Below are positions 57,726 to 64,000 of a stretch of DNA of 64,000 nucleotides, one piece after another. Within the stretch, counting starts at the first letter, position 1; every line of letters starts with the position of its first letter. The notes below the pieces were generated by a model. That model was not told the origin of the DNA. It saw nothing but the letters and a program-made list of their open reading frames with translations, and did not search any database. The stretch comes from an uncultured delta proteobacterium (GTDB lineage: Bacteria > Desulfobacterota > DSM-4660 > Desulfatiglandales > HGW-15): the NCBI GenBank assembly GCA_963702565.1, contig CAVPDE010000016.1:320034-384033 (forward strand), written 5' to 3'. The translations under genes were made by a program, and so were the position numbers.

Positions 57726-59501
57726 CTAATCTGAGAGACGGGGGATGTTGAGCGCCGCTTTTTCATTGTAAAGAGCGATCTTGGTCAGGGGCCCCACCAC
57801 CCCGTCAACAGGGATGCCGTGCCTTCGTTGCACCTGCTTGATCGCTTTTGCCGTCTTGTCGTCATAGGTCGGCGTGATGTCCAGCTCCTTGTGGCCCAGG
57901 TCGTGCATGAACATCTTCAGCGTCAGGACGGCGTCTCCCGAATTCTGAGAAGACAGAGTCGCGGGCAGGTTGAGGAAATCCTTCCACGCCACGTAAGCGA
58001 CGCGCGACCAGTAGGAGGTGAGCTGCTCCCTGTCCACCTGGATGCCTTCCTCCAACGCTCCACCCAGGAGGACCGCATCCTCCTCGTTGGTTTTGGCGAG
58101 GGTCAGATATCGGGGCGTGCCTCCTCCCTGTAGATAGAACTCCAGAACAGCAGGCAGATTCCGCTTGAGAAGGGAATCAAAATCTCCTTCCACACGCTGG
58201 ATCAAGAGCCCGTTTTGTCGAGCCGCCACTTTGAAAAAAGCTTGGTCATCCTCCATATCATTGAGCAGTGTACTGTTCTCAGGGGTCCCTGACCACAGAT
58301 CGATGACCGCCTTCATGGCGAGCGCCCGCGAGGAACGGCGGTTGAACTTTGCCAGGATCCCTCCAAGATCTGAAACGGCCAAGGGAGAGAACTGCTTGTG
58401 TGATTTCTGGCCTCCACTTCCCTCTCCGCTTTCCCTGCTCAGATCCGAGCTTTCCTGGGTCATGGCGAAGGCGCCTCCACCGGGCACCGGTTTATCCGCG
58501 GAATCGACTTTCTGCGTCACCTTGGGTCTTTCGATCTCTCCCGACTCGATCAGGCTGTTGATCTTCAGATCCACGGAGCGATGAATGATGAGGAACAGAG
58601 AGGCCAGATAGAGCACAGCCACGAAAACACCGAGGACCACCCCCATGGACAGAGAGAGCCTCTTTCTCTTTTGCAGGGTCAGGCGCTTCACATCCCCCCG
58701 CGCCGCCAATTCCCTGATCGAGGCTCTGGCAATCGGGCCTGTGATCTTTTTCCGGTTCAGCCCGTAGGCGGTCAAGAGGGCTCGATCGCAGGAGATGTTG
58801 ATCAGCCTGGGGATACCGCCCGAGTATCTGTAGATCGCCCGCAAGGCCCCTCGCGTAAACCGGACTTCCGCTTTTTGAGAGGCCACCTGAATGCGGTGGT
58901 CAATGTACTCTTTGGTCTCCTTATGGCTGAGCGGGGTCAAGTAACAGCTCAGGGTAATTCGCTGGCCCAGTTGTCGGAGCTCGTGGGAGTCCAGCATCTC
59001 CCCCAGCTCTGGCTGGCCCACCAGAATGATCTGGATCAATTTGCTCGTCGTGGTCTCGAGATTGGAAAGAAGCCGAAGCTGTTCCAGAACATCCTTGTTC
59101 AGATTCTGGGCCTCATCGATGATCAGGACCACCTTGGTGCCTTCCATTCTTTTTTTTATCAGGAAGGCATTCAGTTCATCGATGAGTTCTTTGACACTGC
59201 TCCCGCTGGAGGCAACTCCAAACTCATCGTTAATGGCTTTCAAGAGTTGAAGGGAATCGAGCTTGGGATTGAAAATGTAAGCGGCTTCGGTGTGCTCATC
59301 CAGATTCTCAAGCACGGCCCTGCAGAGCGTGGTTTTACCGGTTCCCACCTCGCCCGTGATTTGCACAAAGCCGTCCCCCTGAGAGATGGCGTAAACCAAG
59401 TGGGCCATGGCCTCTTCGTGACTGCGGCTGAGGTAAAGGTAAGCCGGGTTCGGCACCAGCTGAAAGGGTCTTTCCTTGAATCCGTAGAAGCTGTTATACA
59501 T
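57726..59501 (-). CDS. ExeA/GspA-like AAA+ ATPase with TM segment and C-terminal peptidoglycan-binding domain
   Basis: MYNSFYGFKERPF, Walker A GEVGTGKTT, Walker B LIIDEAQ, TM, and C-terminal GIPVDGVVGPLTKIALY (PG_binding_1-like). The ORF is open to 59531. Confidence 0.8.
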   Translation of the reverse strand: MYNSFYGFKERPFQLVPNPAYLYLSRSHEEAMAHLVYAISQGDGFVQITGEVGTGKTTLCRAVLENLDEHTEAAYIFNPKLDSLQLLKAINDEFGVASSGSSVKELIDELNAFLIKKRMEGTKVVLIIDEAQNLNKDVLEQLRLLSNLETTTSKLIQIILVGQPELGEMLDSHELRQLGQRITLSCYLTPLSHKETKEYIDHRIQVASQKAEVRFTRGALRAIYRYSGGIPRLINISCDRALLTAYGLNRKKITGPIARASIRELAARGDVKRLTLQKRKRLSLSMGVVLGVFVAVLYLASLFLIIHRSVDLKINSLIESGEIERPKVTQKVDSADKPVPGGGAFAMTQESSDLSRESGEGSGGQKSHKQFSPLAVSDLGGILAKFNRRSSRALAMKAVIDLWSGTPENSTLLNDMEDDQAFFKVAARQNGLLIQRVEGDFDSLLKRNLPAVLEFYLQGGGTPRYLTLAKTNEEDAVLLGGALEEGIQVDREQLTSYWSRVAYVAWKDFLNLPATLSSQNSGDAVLTLKMFMHDLGHKELDITPTYDDKTAKAIKQVQRRHGIPVDGVVGPLTKIALYNEKAALNIPRLSD

Positions 59502-59521
59502 GCACTGCTCTCTCGAGAGGA

Positions 59522-60682
59522 TTAGGTCCACCTACCGGGTATCACATGATTGCAGAATTTGCAATGTCCCTTGTTCAAGTTGACCTGTTTGAGCGAATAC
59601 CCGTTTCGTTCCACAAGGATTCTCCTGCAGTTCGGGCAGTAGGTATTGCAGCCCTGGTGGCCGGGCACATTCCCCAGGTAGACAAAATGGATCCCTTCCG
59701 ATAAGGCCACGTCTCTCAGTTTCTCCAGGGTTGCCACGGGCGTCGGAGGCAGCCGCGTCAGCCGGTATTGGGGAAAGAACCGGAGCAGGTGAAGAGGATA
59801 GTCCGGACCGAGTTCCCTCAATATCCATCCACACATTCTTTTGATCATCTCGGGGTCTTCCACATACGTCGGCACCACGAGAGTGGTTATTTCGAGCCAG
59901 ACCCCCTGCTCGTGGAGGATCTGGAGCGTGTTGAGCACAGGCTGGAGCGTTCCCCCGTTCAGAGACCGATAGAGGCGGTCATCGAAAGACTTGAGATTGA
60001 TGTTTGCACCGTCCAGGACGTTGCAGAGTGCAAGGAGAGGCTCGCGATTGATGTAGCCGTTGGACACGAGAACGTTCTTGAGTCCTGCCTCTTTTCCGAG
60101 CCTGGCCGTATCCACCATATACTCGTAGTACGTGATGGCCTCCGAATACGTGAAGGCAATCGACGGGCTTTCCCTCCTGATGGACTCCCGTACCACCTCT
60201 TGCGGGAACAACTCGATGGACTGAACCTCCTCGGGTTTTTTCTGGGAGATTTCCCAGTTCTGGCAATTCAGACACCGGAAATTGCAGCCCGTGGCGGCGA
60301 CGGAAAAGATGGATGTGCCCGGATGAAAGTGGTTGAGAGGCTTTTTCTCAATGGGGTCCACGTGAACCGAGCAGGGGTTTCCATAAGTCAGAGAATAGAG
60401 CTTGCCGTCAATATTGACCTTGGATCGGCAGACGCTGCGATCTCCCGGTTCCAAGAGGCAGAGGTTGGGGCACACCTGGCACTGAACGCTCTTGCCGTCC
60501 GAGGTGTAGTAAAAACCTTCTACAGACCACTTCCAGGGCCTTGCCGGCGCATCTTTTCTGAAGATCTCGCCCCGGATACTCTCCCCCTTGGTCTGACCGA
60601 AGCAGAGCCCGGTGCCGGCACAAAGAACTCCTGAGAGGCCGAGCCCCAGAGTCTTCACAAATTCTTTACGGCTCATCCTCAT
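59522..60682 (-). CDS. AmmeMemoRadiSam-system radical SAM enzyme with N-terminal Tat-like signal
   Basis: CQVCPNLCLLEPGDRSVCRSK, AATGCNFRCLNCQNWEISQ and a C-terminal CPNC...CKFC ribbon. The N-terminus is MRMSRKEFVKTLGLGLSGVLCAGTGLCFG. Confidence 0.8.
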   Translation of the reverse strand: MRMSRKEFVKTLGLGLSGVLCAGTGLCFGQTKGESIRGEIFRKDAPARPWKWSVEGFYYTSDGKSVQCQVCPNLCLLEPGDRSVCRSKVNIDGKLYSLTYGNPCSVHVDPIEKKPLNHFHPGTSIFSVAATGCNFRCLNCQNWEISQKKPEEVQSIELFPQEVVRESIRRESPSIAFTYSEAITYYEYMVDTARLGKEAGLKNVLVSNGYINREPLLALCNVLDGANINLKSFDDRLYRSLNGGTLQPVLNTLQILHEQGVWLEITTLVVPTYVEDPEMIKRMCGWILRELGPDYPLHLLRFFPQYRLTRLPPTPVATLEKLRDVALSEGIHFVYLGNVPGHQGCNTYCPNCRRILVERNGYSLKQVNLNKGHCKFCNHVIPGRWT

Positions 60683-62787
60683 GAAGCGGTCCGCCCACGC
60701 GGAAAGAGTACGATGATGTTACTTGAAATCTTGACGAGGATCAAAAAAATTATGGCCATCTGGATCCCCAGCATAGGGATAAGGATCGCTCCCGTGGCCA
60801 AGGTCCCCACTGCAGCGCCCGTAAGATCCGCTGCCAGGCACCCGGCTGCCGGGCTCTCCTTTTCACCGATGAGGCCGGTGGCAAGGGGAAACTGATACCC
60901 GCAGAAAAAGGAGAAGACAACGCCATAGCCCAAAAAATAAAACTGCGGGATATCCCCCTCGGAAAAGCTGATTCCCACATAGAAGACGACCAAAAGGCTG
61001 AAAAGAATGATCTCAGAGACGATAAAAGGAATCCATCCTCTCCCTTTGAAAAGGCTGCCGAACAGGGCCCCGGGAAGCAAGCCCATGAGAAAAGCGGTCA
61101 CAATGGCTCCGAGCTTCAGGTAGATGTATCCGTACATCACCTGGAACGTAAAGATCACCAGCATCTCCACCCCCATGTTCGCAAGACCCGTGGTAAAGAG
61201 CACGACCTCCTCCCTGCGCAGAAAGATCAGGTACAGCATCGTGAGGCACAAGGCCACGAGGCCGAAGACTTTGGGTGAGGAGCCGTGCTTGGCGAACCAC
61301 TCCTGAAACAAGGCGGTCATGATCCTGGGCTCAAAGTCGGTATTGGCCGGAGCCTTCGGGTCCAGCTTTTTCTTGAGCTCTTCGATTCGTTCTTGCGTCA
61401 CATTGCCGTGAAAGAAGCCCTCCACATAGGACGTGGTCACGGATTTCAGGGCGAGTCGCGCCGGCACGTCCGTCCACAGTTCACCGTCTCTGCAGAGAAA
61501 GTAAGCCTTTTCCCCCGGAAGGATGACCACGTTTCGAAAATGCTGTCTGGCCGTATTGTAGAGGACGGAAAGCTTGCTTCTCTGGATATCGCTCAGGTAG
61601 TTCGGCGAGGTGTCCACGCTGAAAGAAAGAATTCCCTCGTTTTGAAGGACCTTCTTGACCAGAGAGAAAAACTCGGAGGTGAAAAACCGGTTGAGTTGAA
61701 AGGTGTCAGGCTCAGGAAGATCCACGATAACCGCATCATACTTCTTGGAAGCCCCTTTGATGTAATGCCGTCCGTCATCATGGATGATGGCAAGAGACGG
61801 AGACTGAACAATCAAACCGAGCTCCTGCGCAACCCTTGTAAGATTCGGATCCAGTTCCACGTAGTCCACGGAAGACGGGGCATACTTGGCCACTTCTGCA
61901 AGCGTTTCCCCCAAACCCCCGGAGACGAGCAGAACGCTTCTCACCTCCTCCAGCTGGCTCAGGGCATAGTGGATTTTCTCCTCGCTGTTCACGATATCCG
62001 CGTCGGAATAAAAGGGGGTTCCCGACTCCCAGAAAGTGTGCTGGGGTCCTTCCTTGGTGATGACGATTCTGCCATAGGGTGACTCTACATACCGAACGAT
62101 CTCTCCGTACTGCGGGGACAGGGTGACCTTCTCAAAATGGCTGTTGAGAGAAAACAAGCAGAAAAGGCCGGTGAACACAAGGGTCAAGAAAAAAAACACG
62201 TATCGCCTAAAAGCGAGAAAAAGCAGAAGCACAGCCACAATCAGGAGCCCTGAAGTGATCGCGACGGTCACAAAGGGGCTAAAGGAGTAAACGAGGACAA
62301 AGCTGAACAGGATTCCACCCGTGATGTCCCCGATGCTGTCTGTGACATAGAGGCCGCCGGACGTGAAGTCCTCCCACCGTTCGTTCAGCACCCTCAGGGA
62401 ATAAGGAAGGATGAATCCGAGCAGCAGACCATAGGGGGATATGGTCGCGAGGATGTAAAGGGCCGTTTGATTGAATCCCGGTGAAGCCCCATGCACAAAA
62501 ACACTTTCTCTCAAGGTGCGGATCAGAATGAGCTGAGGGAGAGGCCACAAAGCGAGAAGGCCGGAGGCAAGGGCAAAAACCGTTACGGAAGGCCGGCGAA
62601 AGGCCCTGGCCATGAAGCTTCCAAGGCCGGTGAGCAGCAACCAAGAAAAAAGGACTAGGGAAATGGTGATCTCATTGCCGTGGAACTGAGACAGGAACTC
62701 GCGCACGGTCACCAGTTGGACCGCAATGGAAGAAACACCGGTCCCTATGATCGCCCAAAGGATGAATAGTTTCAGATGCCTTTTCAC
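60679..62787 (-). CDS. polytopic membrane protein with central spermidine-synthase-like domain
   Basis: 702 aa. About 7-8 N-terminal and 5-6 C-terminal TM helices flank VLLVSGGLGETL ... YVELDP ... DAVIVDLPEPDT (SpeE-like SAM/dcSAM fold). Confidence 0.75.
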   Translation of the reverse strand: MKRHLKLFILWAIIGTGVSSIAVQLVTVREFLSQFHGNEITISLVLFSWLLLTGLGSFMARAFRRPSVTVFALASGLLALWPLPQLILIRTLRESVFVHGASPGFNQTALYILATISPYGLLLGFILPYSLRVLNERWEDFTSGGLYVTDSIGDITGGILFSFVLVYSFSPFVTVAITSGLLIVAVLLLFLAFRRYVFFFLTLVFTGLFCLFSLNSHFEKVTLSPQYGEIVRYVESPYGRIVITKEGPQHTFWESGTPFYSDADIVNSEEKIHYALSQLEEVRSVLLVSGGLGETLAEVAKYAPSSVDYVELDPNLTRVAQELGLIVQSPSLAIIHDDGRHYIKGASKKYDAVIVDLPEPDTFQLNRFFTSEFFSLVKKVLQNEGILSFSVDTSPNYLSDIQRSKLSVLYNTARQHFRNVVILPGEKAYFLCRDGELWTDVPARLALKSVTTSYVEGFFHGNVTQERIEELKKKLDPKAPANTDFEPRIMTALFQEWFAKHGSSPKVFGLVALCLTMLYLIFLRREEVVLFTTGLANMGVEMLVIFTFQVMYGYIYLKLGAIVTAFLMGLLPGALFGSLFKGRGWIPFIVSEIILFSLLVVFYVGISFSEGDIPQFYFLGYGVVFSFFCGYQFPLATGLIGEKESPAAGCLAADLTGAAVGTLATGAILIPMLGIQMAIIFLILVKISSNIIVLFPRGRTAS

Positions 62788-62860
62788 GCCGGTGTCCTGC
62801 TCCGGAAATCCGCTCCTGAAATGATCTCGCTAGGGCGCCTCCTCGGCTTTGCCTTGCGCA

Positions 62861-63586
62861 TCATTCTTCTTCGAACGCCTGAACCTGGTACGTGTGGACT
62901 TCGAGCTTGTCATAGGCCCATGCATCTCCTGCCAGCCCTGCCTTGAGGCAAAGATGGCTCAGGAAGTCTTTCTTGTTGGGGAGCTGTTCCCAGACCTGAG
63001 GAAGAAAGGTGGCCTGATGATATCCTTGGCGGATGATCAGGCCGTCCGTCCCGGGTCTCAGCTTGGCAAGGAGATCATTGGCATCGGTATACGGCAGCGG
63101 CTTTGGCGCCGTGAGAATGCTCACCTCAACTTTGATCTTTTCAAACTCATTTTGACTGAGAGGCCTGAATCGCGGATCTCGAAAGGCCGCGTTCATGGCA
63201 TTGACTCTCACCCCTTCGATCAGAGACTCCTGAGGAATGATGTGGCCGATGCACCCTCTCAGAGCGCCGTTGAGGGTGAGGGTCACAAAGGTCCCGCGCC
63301 TTTCCTGAAATTTTGGGGAACTCAACGAGTCCTGATCGCTCGTGTCTTTCGGATGGAACAGGGCTTTTTGAATGGTCTTTCTCGCCGTCTCCACAAGGTG
63401 TTTCCCTTCTTCCCCCGTCAGCTTGTCGGTTTCGCTCATCGCCCCCTCCTTGACCTTTTCTTTGATCCTGTGCGCTCCCCTCTCTTCAGCGCCCGCTCCC
63501 ACGCTCATCGCAAGGACAAGAATCCAGGACGCCAGGATCATCGAGACAGATCGAGCAACGCCGTGAGAGAATTGAGCAGGTCGCAT
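62861..63586 (-). CDS. AMMECR1-domain protein (AmmeMemoRadiSam system protein A) with N-terminal signal/anchor
   Basis: RGTFVTLTLNGALRGCIGHI and AFRDPRF motifs. N-terminal hydrophobic segment MILASWILVLAMSVGAGA. Confidence 0.85.
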   Translation of the reverse strand: MRPAQFSHGVARSVSMILASWILVLAMSVGAGAEERGAHRIKEKVKEGAMSETDKLTGEEGKHLVETARKTIQKALFHPKDTSDQDSLSSPKFQERRGTFVTLTLNGALRGCIGHIIPQESLIEGVRVNAMNAAFRDPRFRPLSQNEFEKIKVEVSILTAPKPLPYTDANDLLAKLRPGTDGLIIRQGYHQATFLPQVWEQLPNKKDFLSHLCLKAGLAGDAWAYDKLEVHTYQVQAFEEE

Positions 63587-63652
63587 CCACTCGCCTCCTG
63601 CTATTATTCTCCCCTGATTCCAAGGGGTTTGTCAAAAACATTCGTGGAAGTC

Positions 63653-63683
63653 TCAACTTCTCTCAAGTTTAGAGAGAAGTTGA
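63653..63683. promoter_or_regulatory. perfect 12-bp stem hairpin upstream of the AMMECR1 operon
   Basis: tcaacttctctc (63653-63664) / gagagaagttga (63672-63683) with a 7-nt loop. No U-tract on either strand. Confidence 0.5.
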
Positions 63684-63826
63684 AAATCCGAAATCCGAAG
63701 CACGAAATCCGAAACAAGCACGAAGCTCAAATGACCAAAATTCGAAACAAAACCCATGCGAAGCATAGATCTGCATTCGTTTTGGTCATTCGAATTTTGA
63801 ATTTTGAAATTGTTTCGAGTTTCGGC
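63683..63826. repeat. CGAA-word hairpin repeat, copy C
   Basis: aaatccgaaatccgaagcacgaaatccgaaac words. aatgaccaaa (63730-63739) pairs with tttggtcatt (63781-63790). The right arm is ttcgaattttgaattttgaaattgtttcgagtttcgg. Confidence 0.65.
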
Positions 63827-64000
63827 CTGCCCCGGCGCGACATCACCAGCGCGTAACGGAGTTACATAGGCTCACCGGTTCCTGTTCAAATGACACTATC
63901 CTGCACGCCGGGTCTGGGCTGGGGATTTTTAATTTCGAATTTGTTTGCGAGCAAGCGCCCCACGTGCGCTCAGCAATCTGCTAGACAAGGCGGTACAATG

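Noticed and set aside
57052-59531. Type II secretion system locus
   Set aside because: ExeA/GspB-like genes are present, but no gspD/E/F/G-K genes occur nearby. The only related gene (pilD) is 40 kb away, so the pair is not called as a T2SS cluster.

Overview
About 64 kb of densely coded, moderately GC-rich chromosomal DNA. Gene content suggests a strictly anaerobic Desulfobacterota (deltaproteobacterial, Syntrophus-like) organism; the taxon is inference only. All calls come from reading the six-frame track and the raw sequence and recalling family motifs. No database search or computation was run. Most of the window is housekeeping: serC (partial), asnS, cmk-rpsA-sppA, an ihfB-like gene, a long Alu-containing SRP RNA, pgeF, queD, kdsB, recJ, hflKC, mtaD, a peptide-type ABC importer and a sigma54 two-component pair next to pilD. 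Accessory content is as follows. (1) There are two tungsten-type aldehyde:ferredoxin oxidoreductase (AOR) loci, each next to its own MoaD/ThiS-like and ThiF/MoeB-like pair. (2) The second AOR locus (46.6-56.9 kb) carries an IclR regulator, four copies of a 16-bp palindrome GTTCA-N6-TGAAC bracketing two promoters, a NarI-like membrane/FeS fusion, a small zinc-ribbon protein and a frameshifted AOR gene. It also carries a polyferredoxin, an orphan EutA-like ATPase, mobB, a radical-SAM-like protein with a degenerate cluster motif and a Pyrococcus-type Asp-ligand ferredoxin. (3) The best candidate for an undescribed system is a five-gene minus-strand operon at 57.0-63.6 kb. It joins AMMECR1 and the AmmeMemoRadiSam radical SAM enzyme, both with apparent export signals, to a polytopic spermidine-synthase-like membrane protein and an ExeA/GspB-like peptidoglycan-binding ATPase pair. 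No Memo gene is present in the window. (4) An apparently intact group II intron lies in an intergenic region. (5) Many intergenic hairpin repeats are built from short tandem words, including one mosaic family present three times and inserted inside operons, plus a 255-bp palindromic element with 21-bp perfect terminal inverted repeats. No CRISPR array, prophage, restriction-modification or toxin-antitoxin module was recognised.
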